A DNA stretch of 64,000 nucleotides from Rhizophagus irregularis. Taxonomy: Eukaryota. Position numbers and translations under genes: made by a program. The stretch is taken from assembly GCF_026210795.1 (NCBI RefSeq), contig NC_089431.1:4650001-4714000 (forward strand). The letters run 5' to 3'. The notes below the pieces were generated by a model that was given only the letters and a program-made list of their open reading frames with translations, did not search any database and was not told where the DNA came from. Shown here piece after piece: positions 38,701-49,646 of this stretch. Numbering within the stretch: the first letter of the stretch is position 1; every line of letters begins with the position of its first letter.

Positions 38701-40922
38701 AATACTAAAAAAATTATTAATTTCAATAATATTTATTAAATTTAATAAAATGTTTTTTTTAATCTAATTGCCAAATTTTATTATTTATCATACTAATACA
38801 ATTAGAATCAAATATTCCAGTTCAACAATTAGATATTGAAAGAGCAGTGGTCCAAGATCAAGATAATGAAAATAATAGACATATAGTACTTATTGATCCA
38901 GTCCTTTTAGATATTACAAATAATACACAGCACGAAGTATTAAGAAATATGGCTCGTCAAGACCTTCAAGATTATACAAATAAGATGGCCAATCAAATGA
39001 GCAAGGGAAGAAAAAGAATTAAAGAATATCAGATTGGTGATCTGGTAAGGGTTGCTGTTCCTAAAATTGATAGATTTAGTGTTGATCGACCCACTTTGCC
39101 ATGTAAAATTATGGAAAAAACTGAAAATAATAAATATAGTTTGGGATCAAAATTTGGAATAATTGGAGTGTATTATTCTGCTAGTGAATTAGAACCACTT
39201 GGAACAGAAACTTTTCCTGAATTAGAAGTCATTCCCTTAAACAAAATATCAATTAGAGAGGCTGCACGTCTTCAGAGTGCGGGTTTAGTATCAGGGGGTA
39301 TATGTAATTGTAAAGGTGAATGCAATAGTAATAAATGTCGCTGTAAGAAGGCAGGTGGAGACTGTAGCAGTAGATGCCATAGTGGACGTTCATGTCAAAA
39401 TAAATGATGCGGCATTTGTTATATGTAAAAATATATTAATTAGTCAAAAAAATGCATTATTACTGATGTCTTATATGAAAAAATAATAAAGAATTTGAAT
39501 TTAAGTAATTTCATGTATGCTTAAATCATTGATTTTATTTGTTAATAGATTATACACAATTTTATATTATTCAATATCAGATTTTACATTAAATTTTTTT
39601 TCGTTCCTCTTATTATAAATTTTCATTTCTCTAACATCCATGTTTTCTTACTCAAAATCTTATTTACCTATTCTCAAAAAACCATTAATCTATTCCTATT
39701 AAAAAAAGAAAAGAGAATGGCTAATATCTAGAAGAAAACACCAACATTATAGATACCATAACACCACCTATTTACCGGGAGAGAGTCCAAATCGAAATGC
39801 TAAAAAAAAAGACAAAAGAACGGTCAGTACCGTTCTACTTTACAAATACGCCGATTATTTAAACATATGAGAAAGAAAATAACACCGCAGATACCATAGC
39901 ACCAAATATTTACCGGGAGAAAGTCCAGACCGAAATGCTAAAAAAAAAAGAAAAAAGAACGGTCAGTACCGTTCTAGGAGAAAGAAACTAACACCATAGA
40001 CACCATAGCACCAAATATTTACCGGGAGAGAGACCAGACCGAAATGCTAAAAAAAAAGAAAAAAGAACGGTCAGTACCGTTCTAGGAGAAGGAAACTAAC
40101 ACCATAGACACCATAGCACCAAATATTTACCGGGAGAAAGTCCAGGCTGAACTGCTAAAAAAAAAAAGAAAAAAGAACGGTCAGTACCGTTCTAGGAGAA
40201 AGAAACTAACACTATAGTAAACATTATAGCATACCTATTTACCGGGAGAGAGCCCAGGCCGAAATGCTAAAAAAAAAAGAAAAAAAAACGGTTAGTACCG
40301 TTCAAAAAAGAAAAAATAAAATAAAAATTGAATTCTACCTTAAAACATTTTAACCGTTCCTATTAAAAAAAGAAAAAGAAATGGGTTAAATACGGCTCCT
40401 AAAAAGAAAAAAACAAAAAAAACCTACTTAAAATGTTTAACAAAAAAAGAAAAGGTAGGAATGGTTAGTACCGTTCCGAAAAAGAAAAAAACAAAAAAAA
40501 AATAAAATAAAAGCTTCCGAACTTACCTCAAAGAGCCAATTAGCCGTAAAGAACCGTTCTTATTAAAAACTTTATAATAATTAAAGTAATTTTTAGTGTA
40601 GTTACTAATGAGTTAAACTAACACTATTTCAGATTAATAAAATAGTAAAAAATAGTAGAAAACGATCGATATTTTTTTTAAAAAAAAATTTTTTATTTGC
40701 CTCAGATTAAAACCGAGGCACCTCAGATTATCAATGATCCACATCACGCACCTCACATGACGATTTCAATCTGAGGTGCGTGAGTTGCGATCTGAGGCAA
40801 GAATCGATCTGAGGCACAACATATATAGGACTAAAAGTTGCATGTATTGGAGAAAAGATAACAATGGTAATTTTAGAATATTTGATGTTCGTTTTCATCA
40901 AATTAAGTTACCCTGGGAATAA
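26741..40922 (+). CDS. Tandem-exon repeat protein with Cys-rich C-terminus; last exon split by the Ginger-like insertion
   Basis: Exon 1 is 26741-26852. Phase-1 exons of 42 or 51 bp follow (26967-27008, 27151-27192, 27335-27385, 27529-27579, ...-27864, 27997-28038, 28181-28222, 28365-28415, 28559-28609). The terminal exon 28749-28986 joins 40826-40922 in frame once the element and one TATA are removed. Confidence 0.6.
26853..28748 (+). repeat. Tandem array of ten intron+exon units (about 160-210 bp) with a 1030-bp higher-order duplication
   Basis: Core ctgcagggttcacgatcgggctagtttcttcccaattgcatccaaggttacagcctgaacgg occurs ten times. Exon starts 26967/27997, 27151/28181, 27335/28365 and 27529/28559 are each offset by 1030 bp. 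Confidence 0.95.
28987..30257 (+). repeat. Left terminal inverted repeat (about 1.27 kb)
   Basis: Reverse complement of 39554-40821 with few visible mismatches. Clustered cctcagat motifs in the outer 125 bp and five 107-138-bp subrepeats. Confidence 0.92.
30370..30472 (+). repeat. About 3.5 copies of a 30-bp tandem repeat just upstream of the transposase ATG
   Basis: gaaaacacatgttttatctcgttacagtct-like units. Confidence 0.7.
30666..31898 (-). repeat. 3' LTR
   Basis: Direct repeat of 36475-37708. The only difference I noticed is one T in a homopolymer near 31510/37320. Confidence 0.95.
31899..31914 (-). other. Polypurine tract
   Basis: Minus strand reads gcgaagagggggataa immediately before the TG of the 3' LTR. 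Confidence 0.85.
31975..33201 (-). CDS. Gypsy-type integrase (HHCC, DDE, GPY/F) as a separate ORF
   Basis: HDNELSGHFG..CWNC, GIDIVGP, SDRGTHF, PQTNGLVERFN, WKGPY. Confidence 0.92.
   Translation of the reverse strand: MEENNYKRIIDNIEKENKYELKEGILYRIKGQNRFRVIRDYEYEGLMYMMHDNELSGHFGIEATLDRIKENYWWKNMKEDVEEYVRTCWNCQMRGKPRGKNELTPIKINEPFEMIGIDIVGPLKETEKGNKYIVVAMDYFTKWPEAAPLKEATAKEVVEFIWRDIICRHGCPKKIISDRGTHFNNKMMEELVERCGINHRLSTPYRPQTNGLVERFNKTLCEGLAKLGEENWDKHIPSVLFAYRTKKQSSTRIKPFYATYGRRAKLPLDKDENKITLTDRIKILIEELPVIRRKIKENVKEAQEKQKQQHDKRGIRKPKFEIGEKVLLYEAWREKQWSGKLQSKWKGPYLIHEEFGNGAYKLKELDGRILKTPQNGEWLKKFYDRRGFTPKIVIKGKEVFDKTRVRFD
33262..34971 (-). CDS. Fusion ORF: gag-region remnant + RNase H C-terminal tail + P-loop thymidylate/deoxynucleoside-kinase-like domain
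   Basis: RWVMELQQYNFEVIHRSGKENTNADALSR is the Gypsy RNase H end. It is followed by IVIIDGVDGLGKTS (Walker A), IIILDKSPYCEYYYQ and IVIFLE. Confidence 0.75.
   Translation of the reverse strand: MLRRLKIEMIRWMNDMFRLGGTVCKDCEEEDIDEIDNRVKRLQKIFGDIGTITTEEELLRLTSMGYDVEITEIERTRKFGVTAKIITTYEIMRKYLTIWNLEDEVEEDIKGPEIGSSKNQKAKRNARVNMTGEYDDQEKCDYNENGYEEPQYDGVYYTQGYYDDYEDGELNYHSELYAKDNAVKTRRQTRRTNPTVGYKNNNEEGNLQEELRGAGSRMDDREIPSGTTTPNYIPERTEQNWDKPIGPRKMKWSNKRQDYYDPTGGLRKWREAGGPTKPREYGPRLTDEIRPYDIEGDVKNCRANITYGQLINESTTWCERCEIRWVMELQQYNFEVIHRSGKENTNADALSRLLKIVEDQPEIVIIDGVDGLGKTSIVQNLIKEWEKQGLKVRFNTYKRRRKDKDEFHESKMDTEWKFRKEVVEQINRRMLEYDEDTDIIILDKSPYCEYYYQKTKSFDRGLITPHGNHEMEKEIFRLKETIDKSIVIFLEKDGDVCWKNYIGRETKKTEKSSYPTLKKDEYLDMVKMFEENQSVYKDTKRYSRVKVKNDNSSWRKVFKEVEKWRRAQN
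36459..36472 (-). other. Primer-binding site (possibly tRNA-Gly)
   Basis: Minus strand reads CA-ta-TGGTGCATGCTCGC just inside the 5' LTR, complementary to a tRNA 3' end ...GCAUGCACCA. The tRNA identity is inferred. Confidence 0.7.
36475..37708 (-). repeat. 5' LTR
   Basis: Direct repeat of 30666-31898. Confidence 0.95.
39554..40821 (-). repeat. Right terminal inverted repeat (about 1.27 kb)
   Basis: Mirror image of 28987-30257. Confidence 0.92.
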
Positions 40923-42035
40923 ATGAATAAACAAATTAAAGATTAATTTTTTTTTAATGCATTTTCATTATTTATTTATTTATTATAATTCTTTATACAC
41001 AACAAAATATAATAGCATTTTTTTTTAGATTAGAGGATCATGCAGGAACAAGTTTAATTATAAATTTTTTCACACAATATATATATATATATATATTAAT
41101 ATTATATACGATCTTTTAATTTCCGGAATTAAATAAGAAATTTAACAAAAATCTAGAACGGCTCATAAATTACATATTGTAAAATACACTATTTTTTTTT
41201 TTAACATTTTTTAACACTAAACGTCAAATTTTTATAAGATCATTTTTAAAATTTTTAAAGAAATTTATTCTAATAAAAGAAAGAAAAAAATTATTTTATC
41301 GTTATTGACCTTAAAAAAAAAAACTTAACAATTAAAATATGACGCTATCTTAGAATTATTCAAGAAAGGTAAACAGAATAAGGATTAGATAAATAAAGCA
41401 GAAGAAAAAAATAATATAAATTTCTCATGTCATTTCTTTCCTAACTTTTAGCATATTTTTTCACTCATATTAAGAGGTTACTCATATTAAGAGGATGTTT
41501 AATGAAAGTTGTTTCATTCGGTTTAAATGATCGGCTTTTTGCACCGGTCCGCGCTAAGCCACAAAAAAAAAATTTAAAATTTAAATTAATAGATATAATT
41601 CTCCTGTCGAAATTTACTCAGCTTGGAAGTATTCAGATAAAATCGGCACAACCCGTTGTGTATCTTTAACCCTATAATAAAATGTAACAAGTAATACTAA
41701 TAATTCTGAAAAGGAACATTAGTATATAGTGCTCAGAACGAGTGTATAAGAAATTAAGCTAAATATCCAAGACATAACTAAACAAGTATTATTACACGAT
41801 CTACGAAAAACAACTTGATTTACCAAAAAACAATATGCACGCCGTGCATATGAATGAATATTCGGTGTTCTGCATAAATACATCATTGTACACTTTTAGT
41901 AAGAATTTTCCGTAAATCTAATGTAAAAAGTGTTGATCAATTTATACTATTGCGATAATGATGAACCGATTCTGCGCCAAAAAATAACGATATTTATTTA
42001 CTACAATTTTTTTCTTTTTTTATTCTTTTTCAAAA

Positions 42036-43475
42036 ATGGGCTATAATAAGCTATTATCAAAATTGGCAGAAAATATACTCGAAATTTTAGACGATGATGA
42101 ATATTATAATATTACAATTGAAGTTGGCGATGACCCTAACGTGAGAATATTTCGTGCTCACATGGTTATTTTAAAATATCGTTCTCCTTATTTGCGAAAA
42201 ATATTGTCGACCAATAAAAAAATTGACGGAACTTTGACAAGTATTAAATTACCAAACATTTTACCCGAGACTTTTCAAATAGTATTAAGGTAAAAAATAA
42301 AAGATAATGTAAATTAAATATATTTATATTTTTTTTTTTACTTACAATCGTTTTATTTTAGATATATTTATGGGGGGGAAATTTCTTTAGAAGAATATGA
42401 TATTTCAGATATCATTAAAATATTAATTGCCATCAAAGAACTTGGTCTTGAGGAATTAATTCCTTGTATAGAAACCTTTTTGATTAAAAATAAAAAAAAT
42501 TGTATGGTACAGAATTTTGATTTGATATATCGAATAAGTTTTGAAAACAATTCTTTCCAAGAACTTCAAAAATATTGTATCGAATTAATTTCCAAAGAGC
42601 CGAATAAGATATTTAATTCGCCAAAATTTTCTTCAATTCCAGAAAATCTTTTAATTACACTTATTCAAAATGAAAATATTCGAGTGAATGAAGTACAAGT
42701 TTGGGAACATGTGATTAAATGGGGTCTCGCTCAAAATCCCGAACTTTCCTCTGATCCTAAAAGCTGTTCAAAAGAAGATTTCAATACTTTAAAAAATACT
42801 TTACAACATTGTATTCCTTTTATTAGATTTCGTAACTTAACTTCCAAAGAATTTTCAAGCAAAGTATTGCCTTATAAAAAAGTTTTGCCAAAGGAATTAT
42901 ATAAGAAGTTATTGGATTATTTTTTGGGTAATGATAGTAACCAGATTATATCGAAAAATATTGATTCTAAAATTATTACATCTCAACATGCTGAATTAAT
43001 CTCAAGATGGGTCGATAGATTAGAAATTACAAACAAGATACCTCCTTTATACAATTTCGAATTATTATTTCGCGGTTCTCGTGATGGTTTTACGCCAAGT
43101 AAATTTCATGAAATTTGTGATAATAAGTCTCGTACTATCACGATTTTTAAAGTAAGCGGAAGTAGCGAAATTCTTGGAGGATACAATCCAATAAAATGGA
43201 CATCTGGTGGATTTAGTAGTACTAAAAATAGTTTTATATTCTCTTTTAAAAACGGTTATGATACTGAAAATTGTATTATAAGCCGCGTGAAAAATGGAGT
43301 GAAGGCTATATATAATAGTCCTTGTTTTTTACCATCATTTGGTAATGATGACTTATCATCAAATGGTTCAGTGATTTGTTGCAAGAGATCTAAAAAATCT
43401 TCTTATGAAAAACCGATCAGAGAAACAAGTAATGAAGATGAAATAGAAGAATTCGAGGTGTTTAGAATTTTTTAA
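42036..43475 (+). CDS. BTB/POZ-BACK-TLDc protein (2 exons)
   Basis: IEVGDDPNVRIFRAHMVILKYRSPY, intron, YIYGG, EVQVWEHVIKWG, LLFRGSRDGF, ILGGYNPIKW, EFEVFRI. Confidence 0.9.
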
Positions 43476-43885
43476 GATCGATTTTTAATTTTTCCATAAA
43501 GAATTAATGATGGTGTAAATTTCAAGTATAATATTTTTATAAATTAATCTTAAGAACATTTTTTTATTTATTTATGTATTATTTTTTTTTTTAATAAAAA
43601 AATAAAATAAAAAAAAAAAATTTAGTAGTTTTTAAGTCACATATCCTTGTGTTTAATTTTTACTGTCGCGTTCTGCCAAAGGGTAAATTATTTGCCGACG
43701 ATAAATCTTATTGGTAAATTTTATTGTTAATGTGTGCTGTGCAACTTATTTCTTGTGATCTTTGTGGAACTCGGATTCATTAATTTTCCATCCCGTTTAA
43801 TATAAAAGGGTTGACTATCCACAAGTTGGGTTGGAATTTTACATTCTTATTTAAAAAAAAAAAAAATTATATAGACTCGGTAATA

Positions 43886-45388
43886 ATGACTGATAATAAA
43901 CTTTTACCAAAATTATCACAAAATTTACTTGAAATTTTAGATGATGAAGAATATTATGATATTACGATTGAAGTTGGCAATGACCCTAACGTAAAAGTAT
44001 TTCGCGCTCATATGGTTATTTTAAATTATCGTTCTCCTTATTTGCGAAGAATTTTGTCAACTAATAAAAAGAAAAATGATGAAACTTTGACAAGCATCAA
44101 ATTACCAAATATTTTACCCGAAATTTTTCATATAATCTTAAAGTAAGAAATTATTTTAATAATATGATAAACGAACGTTATTTTGTTGTTGTTTTAATAA
44201 TATTATGATTTTAATTTTATAAACGTTTAATTTACTTTTAGATATATTTACGGGGGGAAACTTTCTTTTGAAGAATGTGATATTTCTGATATTATTAAAA
44301 TTTTAATTACCGCCAACGAACTTGGTCTTCAAGAATTAACTCCCTTTTTAGAAACCTTTTTGATAGAAAGCAAAAAAGACTCGATAGATCAGAATTTTGA
44401 TTTGATATATCAAATAAGTTTTGAAAACAATTCTTTTCCAGAACTTCAAAAATATTGTAATAAATTAATTTCCAAAGAACCGAATAAGATATTTAATTCG
44501 CCAAGATTTTCTTCAATTCCAGAAAAACTTTTGGTTACGATTATTCAGAATGATAATCTTCAAATGAACGAAGTTCAAGTTTGGGAACATGTGATTAAAT
44601 GGGGTCTTGCACAAAATCCTGAACTTTCCTCTGATCCGAAAAGCTATTCAAAAGGTGATTTCGATGCTTTAAAGAATACTTTACAACAATGTATTCCTTT
44701 TATTAGATTTCATAATTTTACTTCCAAAGAATTTTCAAAAAATATATTACCTTATAGAGAAATCTTGCCAAAGGAATTGTATGAAAATTTATTGAATGAA
44801 TTTTTGGATAACAACTACAAACCAATTAAAAAGTCGAACCCTCGTATAATTGAAGAGACTAAGGAAACGAATTCAAAGAATATTGATTCCAGAATTATTA
44901 CATTTCAACATACTGAATTAATATCAAAATGGATTGATAGATTAGAAATTACGGACAAGATAAAAAATATTTATGAATTTAAATTACTATATCGTAGTGA
45001 ATTTGATTTTCCAGGAAAATTCCATGAAATTTGTGATAATCAACCCGGTACTGTAACAATTGTTAAATTGAAAGGTAGTAACGAAATTCTTGGAGGGTAT
45101 AATCCAATAGAATGGAAATATGAAGAAAGTTATAGCGTTACTAAAGATAGTTTTATATTTTCGTTTAAGAATAGTGATAGTATTGAAAATCATATTTTAA
45201 GCCGTGTAAAGGATGAAGCAAAAGCTATATATAATGGAAACGATGGACCATCATTTGGTTTTAGGGACTTGCGTATATACGGGAATAAATTGAAATTGTA
45301 CTGCCGAAAAGCTTCTTACGAAAAACCGATCACGGGAGCGGACACTGTTATTGAAAAATATGAAGTATTCAGAATTGTGAAAGCTTGA
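43886..45388 (+). CDS. BTB/POZ-BACK-TLDc protein (2 exons)
   Basis: Same motifs and intron position as the neighbouring copies. Confidence 0.9.
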
Positions 45389-45747
45389 AGTATATTTTTA
45401 AACGCAACCTCTTTATTGTTTATTAAATTTATATATTCTTTTAATAAAAACTTTGATTCTCCATAATATTAATGAGCTACAGAAGTAATTTAATAAATTT
45501 CCATCAATCATTTAATGTGTCAAAGTAACAAAAGTATTTTTATATTGCCAATGATTTTACTAAGTAGAATTTTTAAATTTATTAAGTTATTAAATCGAGT
45601 TTTAAATTCGACCTACATTTTTATGGTAAAGATCTGCATCCTATTTAATAATATAAAAAGGCTTTCGACTATTTAGAATTTTCTAATTTCTTCTGAAAAA
45701 AAAAAAAAAAAAAAAAAATCGAAAAAAAAAATCGATATAAACAGATA

Positions 45748-47237
45748 ATGACTAATAAATTTTTACCAAAATTATCACAAAATTTACTTGAAATTTTAGA
45801 TGATGAAGAATATTATGATATTACAATTGAAGTTGGTAATGACCCTAACGTAAAAGTATTTCGAGCTCATATGGTTATTTTGAATTATCGTTCTCCTTAT
45901 TTACGAAGAATTTTGTCAACTAATAAAAAGAAAAATGATGGAACTTTGACAAGTATTAAATTACCAAATATTTTACCTGAAACTTTTCATATAATTTTGA
46001 GGTAAGATAAACGAACATTATTTTATCATTGTTTAACAAATATAATTTTAATTTTATAATCGTTTAATTTACTTTTAGGTATATTTATGGAGGGAAAATT
46101 TCTTTTGAAGAATGTGATATTTCTGATATTATTAAAATTTTAATTACCGCCAACGAACTTGGTCTTCAGGAATTAACTCCCTTTTTAGAAACCTTTTTGA
46201 TAAAAAGCAGAAAAGACTCGATAGAACAGAATTTTGATTTGATATATCAAATAAGTTTTGAAAACGATTCCTTCCTAGAACTTCAAAAATATTGTAATGA
46301 ATTAATTTCCAAAGAACCGAATAAGATATTTAATTCGCCAAGATTTTCTTCAATTCCAGAAAAACTTTTGGTTACGATTATTCAAAATGATAAACTTCAA
46401 ATGAGCGAAGTACAAATTTGGGAACATGTGATTAAATGGGGTCTTGCTCAAAATCCTGAACTTTCCTCTGATCCAAAAAGCTATTCAAAAGAGGATTTCA
46501 ACACTTTAAAGAATACTTTACAACAATGTATTCCTTTTGTTAGATTCCATGACTTAACTTCCAAAGAATTTTCAAACAACATATTACCTTATAAAAAAAT
46601 CTTACCAAAGGAATTATATGAAAATTTACTAAAAGATTTTTTGGATAATAATTACAAACCAATTAAAAAGTCAAAACCTCGTATAATTGAAGAGATCAAG
46701 GAAATAAATCCAAAAAATATTGATTCTAGAATTATTACATTTCAACATGCTGAATTAATATCAAAATGGATTGATAAATTAGAAATTACGGACAAGATAA
46801 GAAATCATTATGAATTTAAATTACTATATCGCAGTGGATTTGATGCACCTAAAGGATTCCATAAATTTTGTGATAATCAACCTGGTACTGTAACAATTGT
46901 TAAATTGAAAGGTAGTAACGAAATTCTTGGAGGGTATAATCCAATAGAATGGAAATCTGAAGGATGTTATAGCGTTACTAAAGATAGTTTTATATTTTCG
47001 TTTAAGAATATTGATAGTATTGAAAATCATATTTTAAGCCGCGTAAAGGATGAAACAAAAGCTTTATATAATGGAAATTATGGTCCGTCATTTGGTTATT
47101 GTGACTTGCGTATATACTGCTCTGAATATACGGATAAACTGGGAATTTACTGTAAAAAAATTTCTTACGAAGAACCGATCACGGGAGCGAACCCTGTTAT
47201 TGAAAAATATGAAGTATTCAGAATTGTGAAAGCTTGA
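45748..47237 (+). CDS. BTB/POZ-BACK-TLDc protein (2 exons), recent tandem paralog of 43886-45388
   Basis: High similarity including the 3' flank (45389-45747 vs 47238-47615). Confidence 0.9.
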
Positions 47238-47615
47238 AGTATATTTTTAAACGCAACTTCTTTATTGTTTATTTATATATTTTTTTAAATAAAAATAATA
47301 TTAATGAGCTACAGCAGTAATTTAATAAATTTAATAAATTTCCATCGATCATTTAATGAGCATGTCGAAGTAACAAAAGTTTCTTACGCTATTTATATTT
47401 CCAATGACTTTACTATGTAGAATTTTTAAAATTTATTTAGTCAAGTTATTATGCCTGTAAAATCGAGTTTTTCGTGTTGTTTGATTCGGCCTGCATTTTT
47501 ATGGTAACGATCTGCATCCTGTTCAATATAAAAGGCTTTCGACTATTTAGAATTTTCTGAAAAAAAAAAAAAAAAAAAAAAATATTTGAAAAAAAAAAAA
47601 TCGATATAACAGATA

Positions 47616-49117
47616 ATGACTGATAAATTTTTACCAAAATTATCACAAAATTTACTCGAAATTTTAGATGATGAAGAATATCATGATACTAAAATTGAAG
47701 TTGGTAATGATCCTAACGTAAAAATATTTCGTGCTCATATGGTTATTTTGAATTATCGTTCTCCTTATTTGCGAAGAATTTTGTCAACTAATAAAAGTAA
47801 TGACGGAACGTTGACACGTATTGAATTACCAAATATTTTACCCGAAATTTTCCAAATAATCTTAAGGTAATATTATAGAATATTTTGTTTTCATTTCTAT
47901 AGACTAATTTTGATCTTATAAATATTTTTATTTATTTTTTTTTTAGATATATTTATGGAGGAATACTTTCGTTAGAAGATTATGATGCTACAGACATTAT
48001 TAAAATTTTGATTGCCGCAAGTGAACTAAGTCTTCAAGAACTAATTCTTCATTTACAATCCTTTTTGATTAAACACAAAGTGAATTGGATGATGCAAAAT
48101 TTTAGTTTGATATACCAAACGAGCTTTAGAAACAATTCTTTCTTAGAACTTCAAAAGTTTTGTATGGAATTAATTTCTAAAAAACCGGAAAGAATTTTTA
48201 AATCACCTGAATTTACTTCAATTCCAGAAAAATCTTTAATTTCGCTTATTCAAAATAATAATATTCGTATGAGTGTGGCTCAGGTTTGGGAACATGTGCT
48301 TAAATGGGGTATTGCCCAGAATCCTGAACTTTCTTCAGATCCTTCAAACTATTCAAAGGATGATTTTATTGCTTTAAGGAAAACTTTACAACATTGTATT
48401 CCTTTTATTAGGTTTCGTAATCTAACTCCCAAAGAATTTTCTAGCAAAGTGTTACCTTACAAAAAGGTTATACCTAAAGAGTCGTATAAAAATTTAATTA
48501 AATATTTTTTGGATCATGATTATAATCAGATCAACAAGTCAGAACCTTCCAAAAGTATCGATTCAACAATTATTTCAGATCAGCATGTTGAATTGATTTC
48601 GAAATGGATAGACAAATTGGATGATGTTAATGCATCAGATACGGAAACTCTTGCTTCTATGACTTCAAAATCAAATTCGTTATATGAATTCAAGTTATTA
48701 TTTCGTGGACCTCGTGATGGACTAACACCTGATGAATTCTATGAAATTTGCGATAATCAGTCTTTTACTGTAACAGTTATTAAAGTGAAAAATAGTAACG
48801 AAATTCTTGGAGGGTATAATCCAATTTCATGGTATAACAATCCGACATACGGCATCACTAATGATAGTTTTATATTCTCTTTTAAGGATAAGAATGATTA
48901 TATTTTGAGTCGTGTAAAAGATCCAAAGTTTGCTATAGTTAATAGCACTTTTTATGGTCCATCATTTGGTAATGGTGATCTTATATTAAGAGGAAACAAC
49001 TTTTATAATAATAGTTATTGTAGTAAACATTCTTACGAAAGAGCAATCAGGGAAACTGAAGGAATATTTTCGGTAAAAGAGTATGAAGTATTTCAAATTG
49101 TAAAGAATTCATTCTAA
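47616..49117 (+). CDS. BTB/POZ-BACK-TLDc protein (2 exons)
   Basis: FRAHMVILNYRSPY, VWEHVLKWG, ILGGYNPISW, GPSFG, EYEVFQI. Confidence 0.9.
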
Positions 49118-49646
49118 AGAATTATTTTATATTTAACTTTTTAGAAATTTCTCTTATTCGGGAAATTATTGAATTTTTATTACGCTCTGATAGATTTTAT
49201 TAATACTATTTTTTTTAAAAACATTTTTTTTAAATATTTGGTAGCTAAAGTAATTATGAAAATAAAAAAAATAAAAAAAAAATTGATTTATAAATTTAAT
49301 TTATATATTCTTATTTACGTAATTTAATGACTAAACATTGAAAAATAATTAAATTCACGTAATAATTTTAAAATAAAATTGGTTAAATGTTTATGAAAAA
49401 AACTATCACTGAATCTGGATAAATTTACGACTATACTTGTCGGCGATAGAATTTCTTATTAATAGTTATAGTTTTATGAATTAAATTACAGTTCTAAATT
49501 GTTGAGCTTTATTGTAATATTGTACTGTATATATATACCGTAATTTACTTTATTTATAGAATAAATACATTGTGCATCGAACAAACTATCACATGGTGTA
49601 CGCGATATGATTTAGTAATAATGCTTGACAATTTTAACCACATTCT

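Larger units (their letters stand above)
30492..39407 (+). pseudogene. KRBA2/SCAND3-like (Ginger2) integrase-type transposase, disrupted by an LTR insertion
   Basis: Joining 30492-30665, 37713-38027, 38101-38689 and 38806-39407 gives one open frame. It has HHCC (HAEITQH..CTIC), DDE (QMDLID, QSDNGKEF, QGLVERAN) and a C-terminal CNCKGECNSNKCRCKKAGGDCSSRCH cluster. Confidence 0.85.
28987..40821 (+). mobile_element. Ginger2/TDD-like DNA transposon with very long TIRs (contains nested LTR element)
   Basis: Termini TGTTGTGCCTCAGATC...GATCTGAGGCACAACA, 4-bp TSD TATA, and an internal integrase-type DDE transposase. Confidence 0.85.
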
